64,000 nucleotides of DNA from Histomonas meleagridis 2922-C6/04-290x (Eukaryota; Protista; Parabasalia), in assembly GCA_020184695.1 (NCBI GenBank), contig JAANOX010000156.1, positions 1 through 64,000 of the forward strand. The letters run 5' to 3'. The notes under the pieces were generated by a model, which was not told the DNA's origin, did not search any database, and saw nothing but the letters and a program-made list of their open reading frames with translations. This document shows positions 11,950 through 24,040 of this stretch, in pieces; the stretch's first letter is position 1, and each line of letters opens with the position of its first letter. A program made the translations under genes and the position numbers.

Positions 11950-12399
11950 AGAAATTGTTAATCATTTATTATAAAAAAAATTGGTTAAGCTAAAATGAAT
12001 CATTTATCATGTGAGAATAAATTGTTTTATCGATTTTTATTGGTTTTCGCTTTCTTACGATAAAACAAGAATGCACTTCGAGTTGTTTGACTTTGCTCGG
12101 CAAACAAAAAGAATTAAAATATATTTATTGAGATATAAAATAATAAAAAAGTTATAAGATAAAAATATTGTGTAAATTAAAAATGAGTTTATTTTATACT
12201 TTCAAATGAAACATATGTTCCCCTAGAAGAAAAGATATATATTTATAAATATATATTAGAATCTAATAGTCATTACGAAAGTATAATAAATCCACATATC
12301 ATGATTATTACCGTTGTGTTATTGTACCATCAATACAACAAAAAAATTAAAATATCTTTTGATAGACTAAATATATGTAAAAAATCATGATAAATAAAA

Positions 12400-12930
12400 A
12401 CCCTCCCGAAAACTTGTCGACAAGAACGTATGATTCAACATGATAGACAGATTTTTGTATACCGATTTTATACATAACAGGGATATGTGAAAGATTTTTT
12501 TTTAAGATTTTCAATTTTATTGTTGTATAAAGTGCCTACCTACATGTATTCAAAAAAATATTCCATACATTTCAATAATCCAAAACCCCACACAACATTT
12601 AAAACAAAAAATTTTATTTTTAACTCAGAATTGAGTCAACTTCTTTACCTACTCTATTCACCAGATATTTCCCCCAGTAACTTCTATTTATTCGTTAAAT
12701 TAAAAACAAATTTGGAGGGATGAAATTTTGAAAATGAAAGCCAATTATTTGTATACATAACCGAATATGTAGGGAATATTGATCATAATGAATTAATGGC
12801 TGTGATTGATGAATGGATAATTTGTCTTCAAGAAGTGATAAGTACAGGGGGTGAGTGCATATCAAAATAAAAAAGTTAATTTTTAATTAACTATTTTGCT
12901 GTGTTTCCGGGTCTTCATTATAAACCACTA
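12400..12930 (+). mobile_element. mariner (DD34D-type) 3' remnant
   Basis: IHFNNPKPH...YSPDISPSNFYLFVKLK...EWIICLQEVISTGGE aligns with the intact-length mariner at 38705-40000. Candidate terminus ...ATAAACCACTA then TA at 12931-12932. Confidence 0.8.
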
Positions 12931-13469
12931 TATTCCCGCTGAAGTTGCTAAAACTTATTTATTTTTAATTATTCTAATTACAAATTTATATGATATGAAA
13001 TCTTAAATGACCTCAAAATAGCAAATAAATTCTTCCTATAACACCATTCATGAATATACAATTTAGATAAATATATATACGGTATATTCTTTGATATAAA
13101 CTATAAGATCTAATGATAGTGTTTGATCAGATGAATGTGGAACAAGGAATAAAACTTTAATTTTTTTCCTTTTGCATTCTGTTAAAAAAATTAAATCCTA
13201 ATGTGAATGTAATCCATCCAAAATCAATCGTGCATTCCCCCCTCATAGTTCATTCATTTTCTTTTTTGTTGGACATGGGAAAAATATTCCATGTGTAAAT
13301 TGAATGAAAATAAATTTTAAATGTGGTATTTTTTTACCACCAAAATTGACATAGACTGTATATCGGAAAAATATGAAATTTCGACAGCTATAAATATACA
13401 ACCATATTTTTCATTTTATATTAAATTACTTTTATCAAATATGTCTAAGAACTCTCGGAAATAATGGTG

Positions 13470-13686
13470 GCAACTTTTTGAATCGAAAAAATTTAAAAAA
13501 ATTCTTTCGTACACAATTCTCGATATCGTTTTTTGACATTTTTTATGTTTCAAATTTTAAATGAACAATTACTAGCTGAAGCTGACACAATATCATCAGC
13601 AAATGTTCAACTGGAACAAAAAATACATATAATGAAATACCTATTATTCCGTGTTTATTCAAAAATGGATGGCTTGATGAGAATTA
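13470..13686. repeat. MITE-like pair of inward-facing arms related to the YR-cassette inverted repeat
   Basis: 13470-13521 is about 85% similar to 28455-28506; the reverse complement of 13670-13686 equals 28442-28458 exactly (TAATTCTCATCAAGCCA). Confidence 0.65.
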
Positions 13687-13764
13687 TAAATATCCATTTC
13701 CAAATTCTAATCTAAAATAGCTTTTTAGGACAATTTGATGATTGAATTTTAATGAAGATAAGGT

Positions 13765-14079
13765 TCAAAATAGAATATTCGAAACAGGCCTGTTTGAAAA
13801 ATAATATTTTAAATTATCAAAATTACCAAATAAATTATCTTTTGATAATTGTTCAGTTATTCTAAGTTTAAAATTAATAAAACATTCAGTTATTTGCGAA
13901 ATCATATGATCACCATGTGTAATTCTTAATCTAGTTTCTTGATATTGATTAAAGGGAGCATTTTGATCATGACAATCTTCAGTTCTTAAAATGAAGTAAC
14001 GGGTACCATCATATTGAGCAATTAGATCTTGAAGACGATCAAAATAGTGCACTAACATTACCTTGATCATCTTGTTCAT
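13765..14079 (-). pseudogene. Possible Maverick/Polinton-type capsid gene 5' remnant
   Basis: Joining two frames gives NEQDDQGNVSALF/YFDRLQDLIAQYDGTRYFILRTEDCHDQNAPFNQYQETRLRITHGDHMISQITECFINFKLRIT, which from memory resembles the N-terminus of repeated parabasalid Maverick-associated capsid-like proteins. Not verified by search. Confidence 0.4.
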
Positions 14080-14253
14080 TTTTATTATATTTTATTATTA
14101 TAATACATTTATAAAATGAAAAAAATATTTTCATTATTTTTTTAATGGAGTGGGGTTCTTGGAACAAAATTTGAAAAGTTTTAAATCTGTTTATTAAGTC
14201 CACTTTTTCACGTATTCCTATCGTCGTACAGCCAATTTCGGAGATAATAAAAC

Positions 14254-17073
14254 ATGAAAATATCAAAAAGATTTTTAGATTATCAATTGCTCAAAAGTCC
14301 TTCGTTAGATATTGACCTTTATCTCCCACATCCTTTGAAGAAATATTCTACTGAAGATGCAATTAAAATTTCCACTATTTTTGTTAGCAGTTATCCAAAT
14401 GCACCCAAAATTGATCTTCCTAAAGAAGTTCTTGATTGGGTTCTTATGTGCTATGCGTATTCACTTCGTGTTGAAGATTATGATAAAAGATATTATCTTA
14501 AAGCATTTAACTATTATAAAAGTGCCATTCTCATGTTATTAGTTCCAGGCTCTAATGGATTTCAAGAAAACAAGAAAAAATATCTTGATATTTGTTTATG
14601 TCATTTATCTCAAATTTTCCTTAATGAAGCATTTCTCAAAGAATATAACCATGTTGTCACCCCAACGTTTCTTAAATCTTTTCAGAAGTTATCACCTATT
14701 TCATCAGATTTCATATTATCAATAACAAAATTCCTTATATGTGGATGTTATGACCTTTTAACAACAGATTTACAATGCGAAGGTAAAGACGAAGTTATTA
14801 AATGTTTTCAAGAGAACATATTAAAAATTTTTACAGAAAACAACTTCGATTCGAATCATGAATTTTTCTCACAAATTGATTCAAATATTGATAAACTTCT
14901 CAATTTCAGTTCTTTTCGGGACGATTGGATACAAAGTTTCAATGGTTTATACGAATCAAAAATTAACGATAAAGAATTTCCAGGTTGTAAAAAACTTGTT
15001 CTGAACTACTTCATAGAAAAAATAAATGGTTTTTCAAAATCCGAAAAAGACAAAGCATTTACTAATGTCATTTCATTATGGAAACAAAGTAATAAAGGTG
15101 AAACACGGGCATTTACCAAATGGAAAACTGAAGAAATTAAACGCGATTACTTAAGTTGGATTTCAACAGATATACCAAATGAAGGGAAATATCACCCGTT
15201 ATTTGAATTAATTAAATATGGCGAAGAAGAAACTGATGGCAAACTTCAAGAAATAGCAAAAGAACACATTTCCTTACAATTATCTATAGGCTATGGCGAG
15301 GAGACTGATTTATTTTGGTATTTACCAGTTTATGCATATGACTTTTTAATGTCAAACCACGAAACATTATCCAAATTTGGAATTATCTCATTTTCAAAAC
15401 GTTATTCAAAAATTGCCAAACCCAAAGACATTGAAATTAATTTACATTTATTATATTTAGCAAATTATGTTTGTAGTATTAAAAAAGATGATATTAATTA
15501 TATTTCTAAAATCACCAAAATATTTAATCGATTATTAAATGATTTCCCAAATAATTTAGTGTTATTAGTTCCAACATTATTTTTCTTCTCATTTTGTCAA
15601 CGAAATGATTTGTTTTGGTTTCATTTTAATCGTTTTATAAACTTTGAACCTGATGAAACATTATTTGTTAATAATTTTAATTTTGATGAAGAAAAATCGA
15701 AGAAGTTTTCGAATGAATTAACAAGTATTTTATTGTTATCAAGTTTATTAACTGATTTTCGTGATAAAGAATTTAATAATGGAATTAACATTGTATCAAA
15801 CAAAGAGAATTTTTGGAATATAATAAATTCATTAAAATTAACATTTAATGATAAACTTCGTTTATTATTATCATTATATATATTTTCATTTAAAACAAAT
15901 CGATTTATAAATTTAGAGTTACCAAAATTTTTAAAAGAGATAAATACAAATGAAAAGAATGAATCATTAAATCAATTAATACAAATGTGTAAATTGTCAG
16001 TTGTTACAGGCGGTAAAATCTTTAAATTTAATCCCAACTATTCAATCACTGAAAACACAAAAATGTATATAACAAAAAAAGATTTTATTATCTCTATTCA
16101 TAATGATAATCAAATAATAATTCGACATGCTTTAGGTTTAACTTTATTTAACATCAAAGATATTACTAATTACTCAAATAACATATCAAATATTAATTTA
16201 GAGTTTAATAATTCAACAAAATTTAATCCTTTTGGCGAAGATTGTTTTAAAGGTAAAATCGATAATTTATATGAAAATTCGTTGGATGAAATGGAAAAAA
16301 TGTTCGAAGCTGATAATATTAATAATGATTTCATCGAATATATTGAACCAGAACAAAAAATTCCCGTTTCTGTAGCTCATTCATTATTAATTAATACTGG
16401 TTTCATATCATTAAATTCCGAATCGTATATTGGGTATCCGATATCACCAAATAAGAAAAATAATATCGACGCACTTGATAGATTGGAATCGAAATCGATT
16501 TTGGACATATTTATATTCCAATTAGTCGAAAAAAGTAATAAAAAATGTGAAATTGCTTTCAAGGAATCAAACGAATTTAAGAATTTCATCGATAAAATTA
16601 ACGTAAATATTCATTCAGATATATTCAATTATAAATTCCAATCAATTCTTTTCGAAAGACCTTTACGCGATTATAAAATTGATCAACAAAATTTGGGATT
16701 TATAATACTGTTTAATGAAACTGGAAGATTAGCGAACTTATATTCGGGCGATTTCGATTGTTATGGAGTAACAATAACTATAACCCCGTTCCAAAAAGAT
16801 ATTTATCTTTTGGAAATTTTGTTGAATGCAAATTCGGTTTTAAGTTGCGGACAATTAAGATTTTATTTGCACATATCGCAGGTGGGACAAGTGTTGGCAA
16901 TGTTGTCCGTCCTTTTCATTACAAAATCGCCAAAAGAAGCAAATTATGATAAAATTAAAAAATTGACAGCTAAGTTCTCTCAAAGAAAAGCTATGATTCA
17001 TGGAATATATGAAGGTACAACAAAAGAAAAAAGAGAAATAGCGCTGGAGTTGTTTCATCAATTCGAAATTTGA
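14254..17073 (+). CDS. 939-aa protein with a divergent C-terminal Rap/Ran-GAP (tuberin/RalGAP-like) region
   Basis: Long intact ORF. AHSLLINTGF...IDALDRLESKSILDIFIFQL...EFKNFIDKI and IILFNET...ITITPFQKDIYLLEI follow the RalGAP/RapGAP pattern. Product call is tentative. Confidence 0.55.
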   Translation: MKISKRFLDYQLLKSPSLDIDLYLPHPLKKYSTEDAIKISTIFVSSYPNAPKIDLPKEVLDWVLMCYAYSLRVEDYDKRYYLKAFNYYKSAILMLLVPGSNGFQENKKKYLDICLCHLSQIFLNEAFLKEYNHVVTPTFLKSFQKLSPISSDFILSITKFLICGCYDLLTTDLQCEGKDEVIKCFQENILKIFTENNFDSNHEFFSQIDSNIDKLLNFSSFRDDWIQSFNGLYESKINDKEFPGCKKLVLNYFIEKINGFSKSEKDKAFTNVISLWKQSNKGETRAFTKWKTEEIKRDYLSWISTDIPNEGKYHPLFELIKYGEEETDGKLQEIAKEHISLQLSIGYGEETDLFWYLPVYAYDFLMSNHETLSKFGIISFSKRYSKIAKPKDIEINLHLLYLANYVCSIKKDDINYISKITKIFNRLLNDFPNNLVLLVPTLFFFSFCQRNDLFWFHFNRFINFEPDETLFVNNFNFDEEKSKKFSNELTSILLLSSLLTDFRDKEFNNGINIVSNKENFWNIINSLKLTFNDKLRLLLSLYIFSFKTNRFINLELPKFLKEINTNEKNESLNQLIQMCKLSVVTGGKIFKFNPNYSITENTKMYITKKDFIISIHNDNQIIIRHALGLTLFNIKDITNYSNNISNINLEFNNSTKFNPFGEDCFKGKIDNLYENSLDEMEKMFEADNINNDFIEYIEPEQKIPVSVAHSLLINTGFISLNSESYIGYPISPNKKNNIDALDRLESKSILDIFIFQLVEKSNKKCEIAFKESNEFKNFIDKINVNIHSDIFNYKFQSILFERPLRDYKIDQQNLGFIILFNETGRLANLYSGDFDCYGVTITITPFQKDIYLLEILLNANSVLSCGQLRFYLHISQVGQVLAMLSVLFITKSPKEANYDKIKKLTAKFSQRKAMIHGIYEGTTKEKREIALELFHQFEI

Positions 17074-17474
17074 CTTTAAAGTGATTGTTTCATATCACAT
17101 TTCGTGTTTTCTATACTTTACTCAAAATAAAATCAAACGGTTATTTATGAATCTTTTTCTATAAATTGAATACTTTACATGAATAGTGGTACTATTTTTT
17201 AAAATTTTTTTATTACTTCTTTTATATATTTAATTCCCTTCCTTACTGACTTATTGTTTGATTTAATTATTGATTGTTATCATCCTTCTGTTTGGTAAGA
17301 AAATTTTTAATTACTTTAAATATTATTTATATTTTATTATTTAATATCAATTTTTATTTTTAATTTTTATTTCATCTTACATAGACTTTGATAACAACAA
17401 CTAAATTTCTAACAAAGAATGATCAATCACTTATGGTAACGATAAGAAACTTGATTCTACCCACGGTAATGTTA

Positions 17475-19040
17475 CAGACTGTCAAAAAAAGGTTCCTCAG
17501 TCTAAAATAAATATTTCATTTTTATGAATTTGACAGAAATTTTTTTCAAATTCAATCAATTTATCTAGACATACAATAAATTATTTTTAAGAAAACTATA
17601 ATTAATTATAAAGTAATCATATATATATCATAAATATTAATTCGAAAATGATTTGATTGGCTATTTATTAAGATAACTCTATTTTCGTATTTTTATTTAC
17701 AATAATCTCTGTTTATCCAGCCAAACTCTTTCTGGGTGAATAGTGATTCATTATCACTTAAATCTGAGTTGTTATTTATATCTTCATGGTAATCCTTGCG
17801 AATAATTGCAATATTCGGAATAACTGATGCCTGAATCTCCAAACCAGCACGATAGAAAGCGTTTATATTATTTGAAGATATCGTAGCTTTCTACATGCTA
17901 TAAATATTTCTGTGAATTACGTCAGTTTGGCTTCCTTTTTAATATGCTGATCTGCAAAATGCCTTTTCTTAATTAAACACGCCAAAAGTAACCAAGTCTT
18001 AAGGCTGGAATACATTTGTTGTATGTGGATAAAATGTAATTGCTCTAATATTGTATGAACCTAACGTTTGCAGTATTTCTTGACTCATATGGGAAGAACA
18101 ATTATCCATTGAAATAATTGCATGAGAATCAGCTAATTTCATTGCATTTATAGTATTTTATTTGTATGAGATTATTGAATTTTTCAAATACTCATATAAT
18201 ATATTTGTAGTGACATAACTTTTTTCCTGATATGAATAGACAAAATCCTGATTTTCTCTATATCCTGAATTAAGTAGTTCTTCATCAAGAGTTTTTTAAT
18301 TTGATATAATATGAGGAGGAAGAGCATCACCTGCCATAGAAATCGCTGCACAAATTGAAATTTTTTTATTTGCTCTTTTGATCGAAAACTGAACTGTTCT
18401 TCCATCGGATTCAATCGAAGCTATTACTCTTTTTGTTTTTCTGACTGCAAAATAGTCTGATGAAGCTTCATCAATATTAATTATAAGCTCTGTGAGCGTA
18501 TTCTGAACAAAATTAATCAAATTTTCGATATGGACTTTTGCTGTCATTTTGGAAACTGTAAGCCTCTCTTCTTCTTGTGGGTATGCTGTGCATGTAGTGA
18601 TTTAATCACTATGCTTATTAATAAAATTTATGTACCATGATCTTGAAACGACAACATTGAATTTTTCTTGAATTTCGCACCTAAGTTGTTTAGGTGTTAA
18701 TGCTTCATGGTTAGCTGCATTGCTAATAATTTAATTTAATACCTCATTCTCTTGTTCCTTGGTTAATATCGGAGGTCTTCCTGGTACTTTTTTGTTTTTG
18801 AAATTTCTGATATGTTTCGATAAATTCGATTGATCAACCAAATTATATTGTGCAACACGTCGTATTAAAATATTTATATCTAAATCTTCACGTAGAATTG
18901 AAAATAATTCAATTGCTTGCTCAATTCGAGATTGATAATCTTTAAGCTTAAGTCTTCGAATCACATATCTAGATGTAACAACTGAAAGTACTTATGAAAT
19001 ATTTTTAAATAATGTTTCGTCATCTCGCGGAAGAGCACTG
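17475..19040 (-). mobile_element. pogo-like (DDE_1) transposon, near full length, degenerate
   Basis: HTH, GRPPILT, NIDEA, ISICAAISMAGDALPP, SMDNCSSH and FYPHTTNVFQP-DLVTFGVF across stops and frameshifts. TA-CAGACTGTCAAAAAAAGGTTCC at 17473 resembles the 7289 terminus; TA-CAG also at 19040. Confidence 0.8.
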
Positions 19041-19386
19041 TAACTTGTTTTCATTAAGCTTTAAATATTAATTTTTCTAAATAACGGCTTCCTTAGTAAT
19101 TTGACCGATTTTGATAAAATTAAAATATCATACAATACATATGAATTATATATTAAATTTAATATTACAAACTTCATTATTAATCGAAACATATGAACTA
19201 CATCAAAGTGATGAAATAATTGTTGCAAATTCTATTGAAGAACTTTCTGAAAAATTACAAAATTTCGAATTTTATCAATTCTTTTATCAAAGAATTTCAT
19301 ATGAGAATTAAAGCCTAAATCAATCTTTGAATTAATGGAAGAATTTCAACTTTATATTTATACATTAATACGTATGCTAATTAATT

Positions 19387-19869
19387 ATGCACCACAAAAA
19401 GGAAGAAAACATTGAAAACAAAGCTAATCATCTTAAAGAACAAATCATGAAATCATTTAAAGAGAAGATCATAATGTATAAAGGCAATGAAAATGATAAA
19501 AATAATAACGAAATTGAACAAGAAGAAGATGAATGTATAGTTTGTCATGAAAATTCAGATCAACCATTATATTCTCCATTATTTTATTATGATTCATTCT
19601 TACCATTGATAGTTCAATCACAAAATCATAAAGATGCATTTATCTATATTTCTAAATCATTTTGTATATGTACACATACAATGCATAAGAATTATTTTGT
19701 CTCACGAACTAAACGATGTTCAATTGATCGATGTAATCGTAATAGTTTATTGCCTAAAATCCCATTTGCATATGATAAAAACAATGAACAAATTCAACAT
19801 ATAATAATATATATAAAAGATTTTATCAAAGAAATATTTCATGATAATTTCGAAGAAGCAGTTATATAA
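19387..19869 (+). pseudogene. UBR1/2-type (N-recognin) E3 ligase RING-region fragment
   Basis: KANHLKEQIMKSF then CIVCHE...PLFYYDSFLP...FCICTHTMH...CSIDRCNRNSLLPKIP. Flanked by stop-riddled sequence. Confidence 0.45.
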
Positions 19870-20396
19870 TTATCATCGGAAATTATATTATTAGAAAATC
19901 GATTTTCTAATTTTTTTAAAATATAGTTTCCAAGTCTTTTTTATATAATATAACAAGGAATGATAGTTATTGATTATGAAATATCAAAGAATTATCCATT
20001 TCAACAATATTTAAAGTTTTGTCTACAACAAAAAATAAGAAATATTCAAAAGATTTAAAAATTGAGCTTGAAAATTGTTACTAATATATGTTAATATTTT
20101 TATTTTATATAAAGACATAATATATTTGAAAGAATATTGGAATTTATGCTAATCATAACAAGCAATCTATTAATCATCCAGACTCTGAAATTTCAGAATC
20201 TTTAAGAAAATTACCAAAGCAAAAATTGATATATTCAACATTTAATGTTTAACAAGTTTTTGACAAATAAATTCAAATTATTTTTTCATAAATTATTTCG
20301 AAATCAATTTTTAATCACAGAATTGAAATAAAAAAAATTTATTAGGTCTGAAGATATTTTTACCTTTTTAAATGATTTATCACTTGTTGCGCTGCT

Positions 20397-22378
20397 TCAC
20401 CATGACCTAATATATTGCGTAGCATTTTTTACTTCTTTTAATAACTTAAGGTTATATATTATTCTGTATCCGATTGCTATTACGTCGTGAATATTTCTTC
20501 TATTTATGTATAGGTTGAATTTCCTCGAGCAGTGCTGGCGGTATTGCCTTGCTGCATGCACAAATGCCATAATGAGTTCTTCGTCGATGTTATATTTCCC
20601 AATTAACAAGACACTCGCAGCAAAATTATTGAACTCGATCAGTTGCAATCTTTCTATATTCGTATCATTTGCTGCATAAAACATCTTCGCATAAGCTCTG
20701 TGACAATTACATAACGAAGTATACAAATGATTTGCATATTTTACATCTTCATCATTTTCGATGTTTAAACATTTCGATATATCTCTAAATGTAATTAAAA
20801 TTTGTTCCAATTGTTTGCAATGTTGTTGTTGCTGAACATTACTTACGTCGAACATTGTCGCAATTGTTTGTATAACAAATGGTTGAACATCTCTTTTGTC
20901 AGAACTGTTCATCACTATGTTAAACAATGTAACAAACATTACGTCAAAGATTTGCATCATTTGCACATTACAATTTATGAATAATTGTTCTATTAAAATG
21001 GCACTTGCGTAAATTACTTTGTCGTTTTGTGCCATTAAGCATTGTTGTGTCAATGTTAAACAATAATTTATTTGTTCGTCAGTAAGATACTGCGGCAAAC
21101 ATTTGACTAATGCTGCGAAGCTGTATGACAATGTACCCAACTTTGCTGCTCTTTAATCAAATTTATTATTGTTTGCGAACATTTCTCAAATACTATTTCG
21201 GGTTCTACTTTATAAATGGACTGTAACGCAGTAGTTGCACGCATATGCGGAAGCTTATCACCGGGATCTTCAATTGAAACATCGTTAGGATCAATTGATT
21301 GTAAAATGTTAATGAAGATTTCGAAGTAATTTTCAATGACTGTTCGTGATAAATGTAAAAGATCGCATTTAAATGTCGGCCGATTTTGATACGCATATTC
21401 GAACTGCGCAAGGTCTTGCCAAAACGTGATTGACACGCATTGATGCTCGGGATTGCTCATGGCCATTCCTCTTAATACGCAATTGCTTATAATGCCCATA
21501 AAACTTGGCGAAAGTGGATAATATTTCTTAATGAGAAGAAGCATAATGTTATGAAGTGTTTCAAAGAGTTTTTTTTTGGTGTGATAAGTGACGATTGAAT
21601 GCTTTTGAAGAATTATCGAAATTTTTTTACTTCGGCATTGTCATCAATTATCTTGTCCGAAAGATGAAGAATGGTAAAATATATGGCATCACATGCAGAT
21701 TCACGAACTTCAGAAATTTGATCTGGAATACTCAATATTTTGAAAGAGGCATCAAAAATGTTGGCATAGATTGGAATGTGCGCATCTGTTTTAAGCTCAC
21801 TTTCAAAGTTGGGTAAATTGAGAATGTTAGAATAAATATTGAAAAAAGAAGTGAGAATACTGGAATTGGATGTGGAAAGACTACTGAAAATTTCTTGAAT
21901 ACCATCAACCCATTGACCTCCCTTCAATCTCCAAATATAAAGAATAAATGGCACGAAACATTTCGAATAACAGTGTCGTTTTCACCAATTGTGGTGGTAA
22001 TTAACCTTTTGAGGTTAGGAATTAACCCATTAAGAGACCATATATTATTTACAAGAATATTTCGCGCTCTGGCGTTGCGGGATTTAATAAATATGATATA
22101 ATTTTTGCTGAATAACGTCTAGTTTCATTCGGGTTGCTAGGATTTGCAAGTAAAAAACAAAATTTTTGGATATCATTTGGATGGTTAATAAGTATATCAT
22201 TACTTATTGAATTTACTTGATCATAAGCTTCTCTATCAATAAGATTTGCAAGCACATATAAAATTTTACTGAAATTTTGTGCTTCATTCGAATCATGATT
22301 TGGAATAAGTTCTTCATATCCCAAAGTTTCATTAGTACCTTGTAAAGCATTAAGGTTAGAGTACATTTTGTTACACAT
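20397..22378 (-). pseudogene. Importin-beta (karyopherin-beta) family pseudogene
   Basis: Four ORF pieces in different frames: HEAT-like helices, ETRRYSAKII, GQWVDGIQEI, VSITFWQDLAQFE, IEDPGDKLPHMRATTAL. Several frameshifts and stops. Confidence 0.7.
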
Positions 22379-22642
22379 CGATCGCAAAATCAAATCACCA
22401 ATGGAATGATTGAAGCATTAAACGGTCTGGCCATTCAAATAATTATGTATCAGTCATGCAAAAGCTCCAGCTGAATATGATAAATAAACTACAGAAATGA
22501 TTTATGTAAACTATTTAAAATTGAATGTGAGGAGCAGATATTTGAATGGGAATTTTGTACAAGCAAACATCGCAAAATGTTTGGCGCGGTAAAATGATAT
22601 TTACACTAAAATCGAAATCAATTTTTTACATTAAAAACACAT

Positions 22643-24040
22643 TCATGCACAAGGCTGTGGTACAAGAAAGCTCTTCTTCATATAACTCATTATGTCATCG
22701 AGGAGAACCACTCCAAGAGAAGGGTCCTCTTTCGCATCCAACACCAGTAGGGAGTTCGGCTGATCATTTTCTGCGTCTTTTTTGTCATAACATCCAAATT
22801 TGATTCGAACATCTGTACTTTCTTCTTCTTTTCTCTGTACTATGACGGGCGTCTTTGATATTGGCGAAGACACGCAGCATCTTTGTTTCATCAGATACTG
22901 ATGCATCTTTTGGTATAATGTGAATGCTGATACCGGAAATGCTTGACATTGATATGTACTTTCCTGTGTTCTCGCTGGCATTGTGCTTGTTGACACATTT
23001 ACTTTGTACGGATCATTAAGAGCATTCAAATTATACTTTTCATATTTCTTCTGATATAATGAATAAAAAAGTTTTTCCCTATTTGGTAATGGTGAACGTA
23101 GCTGTGCTAAGAATGAATCGAATGGTACACCGAGGACTTGGCTGAGCTTAGACATAAGGATTGTTGCTTCAGGTGCTTCGAGATTTGGTTCCACTACAGC
23201 TGAAAGAGGCTCCTTCTTCCTTCTCTGGGAGGAACGGAGAGCTGCGAACCCACGGGCTTCAGTAGCTGAAGGTCGATCGGCGGGATTTATTGATAAAAGT
23301 TTTGAGATGAGTGGTACAAAGATTGGAGGTATAGAAGAATAATCAACTTGGTGTGCTGAGAAATCATAATCCTTGCAAACTTTGAGGTATGGAAGACGTC
23401 GTGCAAATAAAGCATATAAAACTACTCCAACACTCCACATATCGGCTTTAAAACCATCAAACTCAGGAGTGCTGATAGCTTCTGGGGCTGAGTATTCAAA
23501 AGATCCGCGATTTCCATGAACTTTTCCATCAAAAGTTATTGATGCTAAACCAAAATCGCAAAGCTTTGGCCCTGTTGATCTTGACATTAGAATGTTCTCT
23601 AGTTTGATATCTCGGTGACATATTCCATATGAATGAAGATATTCAACAGCTGAAAGAATTTGATCAGCAATACGAATTGCAACATTATGTTCTATTGGTG
23701 ACTTCCTTAGTAAACGACATAAGTCTCCTTGATCAGCAAATCGCATAAACTGGAAAAATTGTGAGTGTGAATCTGCAATTTCGATAACTTCAATAATAGC
23801 TGGATGATCGAGTATTGGTGCTAAAATTGTTTCATTAAATAAAAGATGTTTGCCATGTTTTGAATTTTGAAGCTTAACTTTTGAAATGATTTTGACCGCA
23901 AAAGGATTATTTGACCTCTTATGAAAAGCCACTCGAATCTGAGCAAAAGATCCACTTCCGATTCTATCCCCTATATAGTAATCATGCACTTGAAGCTTGG
24001 TTTGCTTAAGACTCGATATCATTTTAGGTTTAACTTGCAT
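22643..24040 (-). CDS. CAMK-group (AMPK/SNF1-like) Ser/Thr kinase
   Basis: IGSGSFA, AVKII, HRDIKLEN, DFG, YSAPE, DMWSVG all intact; UBA- and KA1-like C-terminal region. Confidence 0.93.
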   Translation of the reverse strand: MQVKPKMISSLKQTKLQVHDYYIGDRIGSGSFAQIRVAFHKRSNNPFAVKIISKVKLQNSKHGKHLLFNETILAPILDHPAIIEVIEIADSHSQFFQFMRFADQGDLCRLLRKSPIEHNVAIRIADQILSAVEYLHSYGICHRDIKLENILMSRSTGPKLCDFGLASITFDGKVHGNRGSFEYSAPEAISTPEFDGFKADMWSVGVVLYALFARRLPYLKVCKDYDFSAHQVDYSSIPPIFVPLISKLLSINPADRPSATEARGFAALRSSQRRKKEPLSAVVEPNLEAPEATILMSKLSQVLGVPFDSFLAQLRSPLPNREKLFYSLYQKKYEKYNLNALNDPYKVNVSTSTMPARTQESTYQCQAFPVSAFTLYQKMHQYLMKQRCCVSSPISKTPVIVQRKEEESTDVRIKFGCYDKKDAENDQPNSLLVLDAKEDPSLGVVLLDDIMSYMKKSFLVPQPCA

